Below, piece after piece: positions 24,056 to 32,000 of a DNA stretch of 32,000 nucleotides. The notes under the pieces are model-generated. The model was not told where the DNA came from, made no database searches, and saw nothing but the letters and a program-made list of their open reading frames with translations. The stretch is from Candidatus Saccharimonadota bacterium (lineage in GTDB: Archaea; Nanobdellota; Nanobdellia; Pacearchaeales; GW2011-AR1). The translations under genes and the position numbers were made by a program. Position 1 is the stretch's first letter. Each line of letters opens with the position of its first letter. The stretch covers positions 30,001 to 62,000 of the forward strand of contig JAFCEL010000001.1 of assembly GCA_017609205.1 (NCBI GenBank), in the 5' to 3' direction.

Positions 24056-24125
24056 CTTTCAAAAATAAAATTTCTTTTATAAACTTTTTTAAATTCAATT
24101 TCTTTTTTTATAGAGAGGTTTTCAA

Positions 24126-24974
24126 ATGTATTTTATTCCATTCATTGGTTCATTATCACTAGCAGCAATCACTTTAATGGAAAAACTGGTTCTTAAAACA
24201 AAAAGAATTAAGATAAAAAACCTCCATATCTTTGCGTTCTTGTCAAGTGTTTTGGTTATGCTTCCAATAATCTACTTTTTTTGGAAGGTTGATTATTCTG
24301 CCTTAGAGCCAATAAACATCTTTATTTTCTCATTAGTAATTATCTCCTCGTTATTTGCAAACCTTCTTGCATTTTATTCTCTTAAAGGAGAAAAGATTAC
24401 AAATATTGAACCAGCGAGAATGTTCGAACCTCTTTTTGTAGTTCTTCTTGCAATTATTTTTAGTTTTTTCTTCTCACTTTATGAGAGAAACTTAAATGTG
24501 ATAATTCCAGCATTAATTGCATCAGGAGCACTTGTTTTTTCACATATAAAAAAGCATCATTTATACCTGAATAAATATTTTATTGCTGCAATTGCTGGAA
24601 GTCTTTTATTCGCAATTGAACTTGTTTTGTCACGCCTGATTCTTGGGTTTTATAATCCGTTAACATTTTATTTCTTAAGATGCTCGGCAATCTTTCTAAT
24701 AAGCGCTGTAATTCTCAAGCCTTCTTTGAAGGAAATAAAGACAAAGACAAGATTTGAAATTTTTTTAATAGGGTTCTTATGGGTAGTTTTCAGATTAACA
24801 GTTTATTATGGTTATCTCCACGTAGGAGTTATTTTTACAACACTGATTCTTCTGCTCGCTCCTGTTCTCATTTACTTATTTGCATGGAGATTTTTTAAAG
24901 AAGAGCTAGACTGGAAAAACATCTTGGCTGCAATGATAATATTAGGATGTGTAGCTTACGTTGTCTTGAGTTAG
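24126..24974 (+). CDS. EamA-like (drug/metabolite transporter superfamily) permease
   Basis: 282 aa with about 10 predicted TM helices in two homologous halves, as in EamA/DMT proteins. Confidence 0.72.
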   Translation: MYFIPFIGSLSLAAITLMEKLVLKTKRIKIKNLHIFAFLSSVLVMLPIIYFFWKVDYSALEPINIFIFSLVIISSLFANLLAFYSLKGEKITNIEPARMFEPLFVVLLAIIFSFFFSLYERNLNVIIPALIASGALVFSHIKKHHLYLNKYFIAAIAGSLLFAIELVLSRLILGFYNPLTFYFLRCSAIFLISAVILKPSLKEIKTKTRFEIFLIGFLWVVFRLTVYYGYLHVGVIFTTLILLLAPVLIYLFAWRFFKEELDWKNILAAMIILGCVAYVVLS

Positions 24975-26080
24975 GGAATAATCTCTGGACCAAAATATTT
25001 TTCATATTCAAAGTCTCTCTCAGAAATTTTTTGATTATCTATTAAATTCTTTATTAAAGGTAGGGACTTCTTCAATTCGTCGATTAGGTGTTTAATTGTT
25101 TTGCAAATTAATTCTTCTCCCCTAGGGGGCCATAGTTTTGCCCTGTTTGAATATAAACATCTTCCCCCGCAAATTTCTAGATAATTACAAGAAGTGCAAG
25201 GCTCTTTTACGAAAAATTGTTTTAATTCAAGGATATTAGAATCTAAATTTCCGCAATAGAAGTCCTTCACACAACCCATTATCGGACAAGCAACCAAATT
25301 CCCGTTTGTTGTTATTGTATAATTTGCATAACCAGAACCACACCTTAATTTTGTTGATTCCTTTTTCAGAAGAGAATTTATGATTGCAACAAAAGGATAG
25401 AATTTTAAGACTTTTCCATTTTTCATCTTTCTAGTCCAATAATTAATCAGTTTTGAGATTGATTTATTATATGCTTCAACAAAATTGCTAAAATTTTTTT
25501 CATCAAAATCAAACCTGTAAAAACCAGCATCTAATTGCCAGTGGATTGAATCAAATAAATTCAGATTTACTAGATTCCTAACTTGTTCAAATATATCAGG
25601 GCAGTTTTGTGCAATCGTCATACGTGCGACAATCTCTCCTTTAAACCCTTGCAAACGAATTAGTTTTATATTCTTCAAAACTAGTTCATAAGTTCCCTTG
25701 CCTCTATTAGAATTAGTTCTTTCTTTATCTCCATCAATAGATACTAGAATCTTTGAGAGCTTATCTAGATATTTTTTTGGTAATTTATCTAGAAGCTTTC
25801 CATTTGTCTGCATGCAAAATCTTGCATCTATTTTATCCATGATTTCCTTTATTTTATCAATCTTCAGCAATGGCTCACCTCCGTAAAAAATTAGTGTAGG
25901 ATTCTTGTCTTGTGACAAAAACGTCTTCAATTTCTTGATTTCTATTTTAGAATCAACAGGTGCAGACAGGTCAAAGTTCCATTTCTTCTGAAGCCCATTA
26001 TCAAATTCTTTCATAGATTTCTCATAGCAATATCTGCAATTAGAATTGCATTTTTCTGTCAGAATAATATGAAAATGCAT
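24971..26080 (-). CDS. Radical SAM enzyme with C-terminal SPASM-type auxiliary cluster domain (AF0577-like putative peptide-modifying family)
   Basis: It has the CNSNCRYC (CX3CX2C) motif at aa 11-18, a GGEPLL glycine-rich SAM motif, and C-terminal Cys clusters (CGSG...ACP...C...CTSCNYLEICGGRC). Confidence 0.86.
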   Translation of the reverse strand: MHFHIILTEKCNSNCRYCYEKSMKEFDNGLQKKWNFDLSAPVDSKIEIKKLKTFLSQDKNPTLIFYGGEPLLKIDKIKEIMDKIDARFCMQTNGKLLDKLPKKYLDKLSKILVSIDGDKERTNSNRGKGTYELVLKNIKLIRLQGFKGEIVARMTIAQNCPDIFEQVRNLVNLNLFDSIHWQLDAGFYRFDFDEKNFSNFVEAYNKSISKLINYWTRKMKNGKVLKFYPFVAIINSLLKKESTKLRCGSGYANYTITTNGNLVACPIMGCVKDFYCGNLDSNILELKQFFVKEPCTSCNYLEICGGRCLYSNRAKLWPPRGEELICKTIKHLIDELKKSLPLIKNLIDNQKISERDFEYEKYFGPEIIP

Positions 26081-26127
26081 AAAAAATAAATTAGGGATGC
26101 ATTGATAAATATTTTGTGTATGGTTTT

Positions 26128-27750
26128 TTAATCCATTCCTCCGTAAGGATTCATTCCTCCTGACATTGAAGGGTTTCCTCCTTTACTTTGTGAGGCAATC
26201 ACATCATCAATTCTTAGAATCATAGTAGCAACTTCTGAAGCAGAATCAATTGCCTGTGATTTTATTTTATATGGCTCAATAATTTTGGCATTTAAAACGT
26301 TTTCAATTTTATTTGTGAATAAATTCAAACCAGCCTGTCTTTCCCCAGAGTCATGCTTTGCTTTTAATTCTGTTAGAATATCAATGGGGTCAAGTCCTGC
26401 ATTTTCTGCAAGAGTGATTGGAATAAATTCAAGTGCAGAGGCAAATTCTTCTACAGCAAGCCTTTCTCTTCCTGAAAGTGTCTGTCCAAAGTGTCTTAGC
26501 CTTCTTGATAATTCAATCTCAATTGCTCCTCCACCTGGAACTACTAACCCTGATTTTAATGCAGAGCTAACAACCCCCAGTGCATCCCTAATCGCTCTCT
26601 CGATTTCATCAAGAACATGGTCTGTTCCTCCATGAATGAGGATAGTAACTGATTTAGGATTCTGACATCCTCTAACATAAGTAAAAATATTATCGCCATT
26701 TTTGACCTCCTCAACAACAGCAGCCTCTCCGAGATTATTAGAGTTAATTTCATTAAGATTGCTTACAATTCTCCCTCCTGTTGCTTTTGCAAGTTTTTCA
26801 ATGTCACTTCTAGCAACTCTACGGCACGCATAAATCCCCTCTTTTGAAAGAAGATATTGGGCAAAATCATCAATGCCTTTCTGGCAAAAGATGACATTTG
26901 CATTAGATGACTTTATTTTTTCAACCATCTTGCTAATTGTTCTTTCTTCTTGTTCGAGAAAACTTTGCAATTGCTCTGGAGATGAAATCGAGATTTTTGT
27001 ATCAATTTCAGGATTTTTTAATTCAAGGGCAAAATCAATCAAAGCGATTTTAGCATTGTTAATTTCTCTTGGCATGTCAGTAGAAACTCTCTCCTTATCC
27101 AGAACAATTCCTGTAATCAATTCTGTGTCTTTCATTCCTTCGCCTTTTATTTTCTCAATCTTTATATTCTTCAAATCAACATAGTTATTTTCCTTTACAT
27201 GTCTCACTGCTTTAACAATAATGTCTGCGAATCTGACCTTGGAACTTTCTGCACCTTTTCCAGTCATTGCAGTTATTGCTATTTGCTTTAAAATTTCGTC
27301 ATCGCCGTCAATTTTTAAAGAGATATCATTCAATATTTGCTGGCATTTATCTGCAGCGATTCTGTAACCCTTTGTAATAATTGTTGGGTGAATTTTTTGG
27401 TCAAGTAGTTTCTCTGCATTTTCTAATAATTTTCCTGCTATCATCACAGCAGTCGTTGTTCCATCACCTACCTCTTGGTCCTGTGTTTTTGCAATCTCGA
27501 CCATCATCTTTGCAGCAGGATGTTCAATCTGCATTTCATTAAGAATTGTAACTCCGTCATTAGTAACAACAATCTCTCCTGTAGGAGAAACAAGCATTTT
27601 GTCCATTCCCTTTGGCCCTAATGTCGTTTTTACAACTTCAGCGACCATTCTCGCAGCCATAATATTATTCCTTTGCGCATCTTTTCCTAGAATTCTTTGA
27701 ACATCTTCTGGCATCAACACAACTGGTTTCTCGCCCATGAAAGAACTCAT
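26128..27750 (-). CDS. ths: Thermosome subunit (group II chaperonin)
   Basis: Motifs [21 protein letters not shown] and VPGGGAIE are present, plus a Gly/Met-rich C-terminus ([10 protein letters not shown]). The start is uncertain: candidates are ATG 27750, ATG 27738 and TTG 27759. A TATA box CTTTAAAAAT lies just upstream. Confidence 0.95.
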   Translation of the reverse strand: MSSFMGEKPVVLMPEDVQRILGKDAQRNNIMAARMVAEVVKTTLGPKGMDKMLVSPTGEIVVTNDGVTILNEMQIEHPAAKMMVEIAKTQDQEVGDGTTTAVMIAGKLLENAEKLLDQKIHPTIITKGYRIAADKCQQILNDISLKIDGDDEILKQIAITAMTGKGAESSKVRFADIIVKAVRHVKENNYVDLKNIKIEKIKGEGMKDTELITGIVLDKERVSTDMPREINNAKIALIDFALELKNPEIDTKISISSPEQLQSFLEQEERTISKMVEKIKSSNANVIFCQKGIDDFAQYLLSKEGIYACRRVARSDIEKLAKATGGRIVSNLNEINSNNLGEAAVVEEVKNGDNIFTYVRGCQNPKSVTILIHGGTDHVLDEIERAIRDALGVVSSALKSGLVVPGGGAIEIELSRRLRHFGQTLSGRERLAVEEFASALEFIPITLAENAGLDPIDILTELKAKHDSGERQAGLNLFTNKIENVLNAKIIEPYKIKSQAIDSASEVATMILRIDDVIASQSKGGNPSMSGGMNPYGGMD

Positions 27751-27835
27751 TATCCTCAATTTTTAAAGATTGTTATAGTATAATTCACTATTGAGTTTAA
27801 AATAAGATTTATAATATCTCTTTTTTATAAAATAA

Positions 27836-28390
27836 ATGAAGAATATATTAGTCTCGGACATTATGACCCGCGACCCAGTTATAGTTCATCCAGAAACAAA
27901 TTTGCTTGAATGCGCAAAAAAAATGGTTAAAAATAAAGTAGGAAGCCTACTAATTACCAATAAAAATAAACTTCTTGGGATAATTTCTCATAGGGATATT
28001 CTTTGGGCGTTGATAAAGAAATCAAAAGAGGACCTATCAAAGATAAATGCGATAGATATTTCTCCTCGAAAAATTGCTACAATCAAACCATCAGCCACAA
28101 TCAGAGAAGCAATAGCAAAAATGAAAAAAGTCAAATTCAAGAAACTTCCAGTTATACATGAAAAAGAACTCGTGGGATATATTACAATAAAAGACATTCT
28201 GAATTTTCATCCAGAACTATATCCTGAATTAGAGGAAATAGAAAAAATAAGAGAAGAATCAAAGAAACTTCAGAGAATCAAGCAAGCAAAAGAGATTTCT
28301 GATGGAATTTGTGAAGAATGCGGGGAAACAAGCTCATTGAGAGAGTTTAATGGAATGTTAATTTGTGAAAATTGCCGTGAAACAAGATAG
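27836..28390 (+). CDS. CBS-domain pair protein with C-terminal zinc ribbon
   Basis: It has two CBS repeats (DIMTRDPVIV...GIISHRDIL and ...ELVGYITIKDIL) and a C-terminal CEEC...14 aa...CENC. Confidence 0.87.
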   Translation: MKNILVSDIMTRDPVIVHPETNLLECAKKMVKNKVGSLLITNKNKLLGIISHRDILWALIKKSKEDLSKINAIDISPRKIATIKPSATIREAIAKMKKVKFKKLPVIHEKELVGYITIKDILNFHPELYPELEEIEKIREESKKLQRIKQAKEISDGICEECGETSSLREFNGMLICENCRETR

Positions 28391-28453
28391 CGAAGAATAT
28401 TTAAATAAAGCCTTTTTAATGATATAAATAAATTATAAATATAAGAGGTTTTT

Positions 28454-28963
28454 ATGTCAGAAAAAGACAAGATATTTTCAAGTGGAATTAAATGGGTTGG
28501 AATTGCGAATTGGAGAGGTTTCTATAAGTTCTGTTATGATTTTCTGATGGAAGAAACAGGAATGGATTGGATTCAGGAGGAAAAATACGAAGAGAAATTA
28601 AACGGAAATCAGAAAGATATTGACGTTAAATGGGTTGGTACAAAGAAATTAACAGACTATTTTAGAGTATGGATAGAAGTGTCGTTTGAAATAAGGGATT
28701 TAGAAGAGGTTGAGATAATTAAAGATGGGGAAAAAACAAAATCTAACAAAGGAAGATTCAAAATTTCTGTTAATGGGTTTCTTGAAAGAGATTATCAAGG
28801 AAAATTTGAGAGAAGCGCGTTTAATAAATTCTTAAGAAGTATCTATGAAAAATGGGTAATCCCCTCGAGAATCGACCAATTTGAAGGAAAAATTTTTGGG
28901 GACTGCGACGAATTCGTTAGTCAGGCAAAAGCATATCTGAACATGGAAGGACAACACACTTAA
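28454..28963 (+). CDS. Hypothetical protein (169 aa)
   Basis: Intact ORF with ordinary amino-acid composition. No motif was recognised. Confidence 0.55.
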   Translation: MSEKDKIFSSGIKWVGIANWRGFYKFCYDFLMEETGMDWIQEEKYEEKLNGNQKDIDVKWVGTKKLTDYFRVWIEVSFEIRDLEEVEIIKDGEKTKSNKGRFKISVNGFLERDYQGKFERSAFNKFLRSIYEKWVIPSRIDQFEGKIFGDCDEFVSQAKAYLNMEGQHT

Positions 28964-29019
28964 AAGCACACCCCAAAAAGCATAGAAATCTTTAAATAAA
29001 TCTTAACTTAACCTTATTT

Positions 29020-30396
29020 ATGAAAAAAATAGTTTTATTTTTATTAGGGTTTTTTATCATCCTGCAGTTTACATCAGCAATTAATTTAAAGGTTGAAAAA
29101 ATAAGCCAAAATGAAGTAATGATTGCAGATGTTAATAAACAAACTGTTTTCAATCTAAGCATAACCAATCTTAATGGCGATGATTATATGGAATTCTACA
29201 ATCTTTTAGGATTTCAAATGTTCCCGATTGGTTCAACGCCAATAAAAAAAGGAGAGACAAAACAGATTCAGCTAAAAATTTCTCCAATAGGAAAAATAAA
29301 GGAGAGGGGATATTATACTCTGCAATATTTTATAAAAGGAAGTAATGATTCTGAGATAAAACAAGAACTAACCTTTAAGATAATCGAACTGAAAGACGCT
29401 TTTGAGGTGGGTTCAGAAGAAGTTAATCCGAAAAAGAATACAATTATAGTTTATATAAAAAATAAGGAGAAAATAGACTTTGAAGGATTGAAGGTTAAAT
29501 TCAAATCAAACTTCTTTACAGAAGACAGGGAATTCGAGCTTGGTTCTGAAGAGAAAAAAGAGTTTGAAATTCAGTTACAGAGCGAAGATTTAAAGAAATT
29601 GTCCGCAGGTTTTTATACTCTTACTGCAGAAGTTGAATATGCAGGAGCAAGAACAGAGGTTGAGGGATTTATTAAATTTTCAGAAAGAAGTGATTTAAAT
29701 GTCTCGGAGAGAGATTCTGGATTTTTTATAAGCACCCATACTATAACAAAAACAAACCAGGGGAATGTGAATGTTGAAACAGTTACTTCTATAAGAAAAA
29801 GTATTTTTTCTTCTATCTTCACAACATTAAATCCTGAACCAGACATTGTAGAGAGAGAAGGGCTTGCTTTGAATTACATCTGGGAGACAGAATTAAAACC
29901 TGGTGAAGTTTTTGAAGTTAAAATTAAAACTCATTGGATTTTTCTTTTTCTTGCTATCTTCTTCATAATAGTAATTGCAACTTTTTTAAGAAAACATCTG
30001 ACAACTGACTTGGTTTTGAAAAAGAAAATAAATTTTGTCCATTCAAAGGGAGGGGAATTTGCCCTTAAAGTTTCTATATTGGTTAATGCGAGGAGATATT
30101 TAGAGAATGTTAATGTTGTTGACAAGCTCCCTCTGTTGGTAAAAATTCATCCAAGGTTTGGAGGGGATATTCCTACAAGAGCCGACGAGAAAAAACGAAG
30201 AGTCGAATGGAATTTTGAAAAACTTGAGGCAGGTGAGAGAAGAATCATCTCATATATAATCTATTCAAAAATTGGTGTTCTTGGAAAATTCGCACTTCCT
30301 CCAACAACTGCGATTTATGAAAAAGACGGCAAGATTAAGGAGACTGAATCAAACAAAGCGTTTTTTATTGCTGAGGAAAGAAAGAAGGAAGAGTGA
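29020..30396 (+). CDS. Signal-peptide-bearing membrane protein with beta-sandwich-like ectodomain and one internal TM helix
   Basis: It has an N-terminal signal (IVLFLLGFFIILQFTSA), an internal TM helix (WIFLFLAIFFIIVIATFL), and repeat-like beta-rich segments. Confidence 0.6.
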   Translation: MKKIVLFLLGFFIILQFTSAINLKVEKISQNEVMIADVNKQTVFNLSITNLNGDDYMEFYNLLGFQMFPIGSTPIKKGETKQIQLKISPIGKIKERGYYTLQYFIKGSNDSEIKQELTFKIIELKDAFEVGSEEVNPKKNTIIVYIKNKEKIDFEGLKVKFKSNFFTEDREFELGSEEKKEFEIQLQSEDLKKLSAGFYTLTAEVEYAGARTEVEGFIKFSERSDLNVSERDSGFFISTHTITKTNQGNVNVETVTSIRKSIFSSIFTTLNPEPDIVEREGLALNYIWETELKPGEVFEVKIKTHWIFLFLAIFFIIVIATFLRKHLTTDLVLKKKINFVHSKGGEFALKVSILVNARRYLENVNVVDKLPLLVKIHPRFGGDIPTRADEKKRRVEWNFEKLEAGERRIISYIIYSKIGVLGKFALPPTTAIYEKDGKIKETESNKAFFIAEERKKEE

Positions 30397-30435
30397 TACT
30401 AAATTTTAAAAATGGATAATCTTTATTATAATAAT

Positions 30436-30584
30436 CCCTCCGTAGCTCAGTGGTTAGAGCGCCTGGCTGTAGAATAGGGTGGATATTCCATTATATTCAT
30501 GGAAATTAAATGAAACCTGAGAAGTCAGTCCCAATACTGAATGCAGTACCCGGGAGATCCCCAGTTCGAATCTGGGCGGGGGGA
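30436..30584 (+). tRNA. tRNA-Tyr (anticodon GTA) with a 76-nt intron (30473-30548)
   Basis: It has a C1:G72 acceptor (CCCTCCG/CGGGGGG, the archaeal Tyr identity pair), discriminator A, and anticodon stem CCTGG/CCGGG. The loop is CTGTAG|intron|C with BHB helix CTGT/GCAG and 3-nt bulges AGA and TAC. T arm CCCAGTTCGAATCTGGG. Confidence 0.85.
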
Positions 30585-30648
30585 CTTTCATAATTTCTTT
30601 AAAATTCATCACAACAAAAATTAAATAATCAAAGAAAATAGTTCATTT

Positions 30649-31053
30649 ATGACAGGACTCATAGAGCAAATATTAATGTCTTTGAGAAAAGGGAGAGTTG
30701 TTACACTTCATGGAGATTCAGGAATAGGTAAATCAGAGACAATGAGACTTCTAAAATGCCTTCTAGAACAAGATGGAAAAAGATCAGTCTATCTTGATAT
30801 GAGATATATAAGAGGCATCCCTCAATTACACCAAGAGATTTCAAAACAACTTGGAGTATATAATAAAAGAATTTATTCTGAGTTACAGAAAGGGGATGTT
30901 GCGCTTTTATTAGATGAATACTGGGCAGGAGCAGGTATTGCTAATTCATTGATTCAATTTGCCCATAAACAAAAAAACAATATAGTAACAGTTGCAGGAA
31001 ATCCTATTGGAGTAAAACTCGATGAATATATACTTAGTCCGCGGTCTACTTAA
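30649..31053 (+). CDS. Short P-loop NTPase (134 aa, AAA/Arch-ATPase-like N-terminal core)
   Basis: It has Walker A GDSGIGKS and Walker B-like VALLLDEY. It is too short for a complete AAA+ module, so it may be truncated. Confidence 0.55.
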   Translation: MTGLIEQILMSLRKGRVVTLHGDSGIGKSETMRLLKCLLEQDGKRSVYLDMRYIRGIPQLHQEISKQLGVYNKRIYSELQKGDVALLLDEYWAGAGIANSLIQFAHKQKNNIVTVAGNPIGVKLDEYILSPRST

Positions 31054-31135
31054 GCAAGGTTATTTTATATTAACAAAATATTTAAAAACCCAATAAATCT
31101 TAAAGATAAAACTTCAAGGAAGTTAAAAGAGGAAA

Positions 31136-31210
31136 ATGGAGGACGAATTTGAATCCGAAAACGAAGACAATTTTTCTGAAGCCATCGACGATTTTGACCT
31201 TGATGACTAA
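31136..31210 (+). CDS. Possible 24-aa hyper-acidic micro-ORF MEDEFESENEDNFSEAIDDFDLDD
   Basis: The ATG is preceded by AAGAGGAAA. 14 of 24 residues are Asp or Glu, which is atypical for random AT-rich sequence. There is no homology evidence. Confidence 0.2.
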   Translation: MEDEFESENEDNFSEAIDDFDLDD

Positions 31211-32000
31211 TCAATATTTTTTAATTCTATTTCATTATTTTTTTTATCCAATTCTTCGTCAGGATAATTTAGAATGAATCTCAATTTGTTTATATTTAAG
31301 TCAGATGTTTGGATATTTGTAAGTTCTATTGAGATTCCATAACCTGGAGCAAGTTCTCTCACCTCAAAACTTTTGACATATTCATCATCAACATAGAATT
31401 CAACAGAACTTTTCTTTGCATTGATTAATCCATTATTTCTTATGCTTAAATTCGCATCAACGTATCTCCCATGAACTAACGCTGATACATTCTCCAAAAC
31501 AAGATCAGGTCTGCTTGGAATTGAATATAAAACATTTAGTAAGTTGATAGTATCCTCTCCTATTTCCTGTTGGCAGTTGCTTATATTATACATAATATTC
31601 CGAGGATTAGGGGAATGCTCGAATCCAAGAGCATGAAGTAGTTCATGGATTGCAATATTCGGTGTTTTGCATTCTGAATCTCTCAACAAGAGAATTTTAC
31701 CTTTAGAAATCAAATTAAAATTTCCTGATTTTGTGATGTTTGTGGGACCACCTTCACCAGCGATAAACAAACCCCCATCAAGTTTAACATGGCTATCGCA
31801 AGTCACAGAGATTTCTTCATTTTTATCTACAGAATAGAACTCAAGAGGAGTTTTATTTTCTAAAATCTCAAAAGCAAACTTAATATCATTTTCTTTTTGT
31901 AGAGGACAATCCTCAATTTTATAAGAGATTCTTGAGTCAGCATACCTCATGTTCTCATAAAATTGCATTCTCGTGGTAAGATTGCTTGGATTAAAATTTG
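31207..32000 (-). CDS. Metzincin-type zinc metalloprotease with C-terminal CARDB-like domain (N-terminus probably outside the window)
   Basis: It has HELLHALGFEH (HExxHxxGxxH) followed by a Met-turn candidate (NIMY). The C-terminus PDLVLENVS...LSIRNNGLINAKKSSVEFYVDD is CARDB-like. The frame stays open upstream of Met 31968 to the window edge. Confidence 0.8.
   Translation of the reverse strand, partial: NFNPSNLTTRMQFYENMRYADSRISYKIEDCPLQKENDIKFAFEILENKTPLEFYSVDKNEEISVTCDSHVKLDGGLFIAGEGGPTNITKSGNFNLISKGKILLLRDSECKTPNIAIHELLHALGFEHSPNPRNIMYNISNCQQEIGEDTINLLNVLYSIPSRPDLVLENVSALVHGRYVDANLSIRNNGLINAKKSSVEFYVDDEYVKSFEVRELAPGYGISIELTNIQTSDLNINKLRFILNYPDEELDKKNNEIELKNID

Noticed and set aside
30473-30548. 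C/D-box sRNA embedded in the tRNA-Tyr intron (two CUGA motifs present)
   Set aside because: No acceptable C box (RUGAUGA) is present and the box spacing is wrong. One CUGA is simply half of a CTGA/TCAG hairpin stem.
1-32000. CRISPR arrays, rRNA genes, integrases, or prophage structural genes
   Set aside because: No regularly spaced direct repeats, no rRNA-like conserved blocks and no tyrosine or serine recombinase motifs were seen on either strand.
30585-32000. Integrated element downstream of tRNA-Tyr (tRNA genes are common integration targets)
   Set aside because: There is no integrase. I could not find a repeat of the tRNA 3' end downstream within the window. The gene content (short ATPase, secreted protease) is not diagnostic.

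Overview
AT-rich (roughly one-third GC by eye) archaeal chromosomal segment. Evidence for Archaea: aEF-2, aEF-1alpha, thermosome, archaeal DnaG, L10e, L35Ae, DTD2-type deacylase, and tRNA introns with bulge-helix-bulge splice motifs. The compact layout, secreted nuclease and protease, and a fragmented 'str' ribosomal cluster suggest a small-genome DPANN-type lineage; this is inference only. Most of the window is housekeeping: uS7, EF-2, UppP, EF-1alpha, DnaG, Nfo-like endonuclease, PIMT, an SMC-like protein, RNase HII, DtdA, uL16, eL33, thermosome, a CBS protein and 8 tRNA genes, 3 of them intron-containing. The clearest accessory feature is a ~3.9 kb island at about 17048-20966, bounded by perfect 18-bp inverted repeats and 11-bp direct repeats and inserted between rpl10e and dtdA. 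It carries a DDE transposase tightly coupled to a Dam-family m6A methyltransferase, a small candidate restriction endonuclease placed tail-to-tail with the methyltransferase, an RHH operon and a ~450 bp structured non-coding region. The second notable item is the SMC-like protein. It has canonical SMC head motifs but no hinge domain; a Rad50-type CPVC zinc-hook motif sits exactly at the midpoint of its coiled coil. Other points of interest: an intron-containing initiator tRNA inside a Ser/Arg/iMet tRNA cluster, a 76-nt structured intron in tRNA-Tyr, an in-frame UGA plus hairpin upstream of the transposase, an AF0577-like radical SAM/SPASM enzyme with no visible substrate, and a large NTase/HEPN-like fusion protein. 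No CRISPR array or rRNA was seen. All protein calls come from motif recognition by eye; no database search was run.
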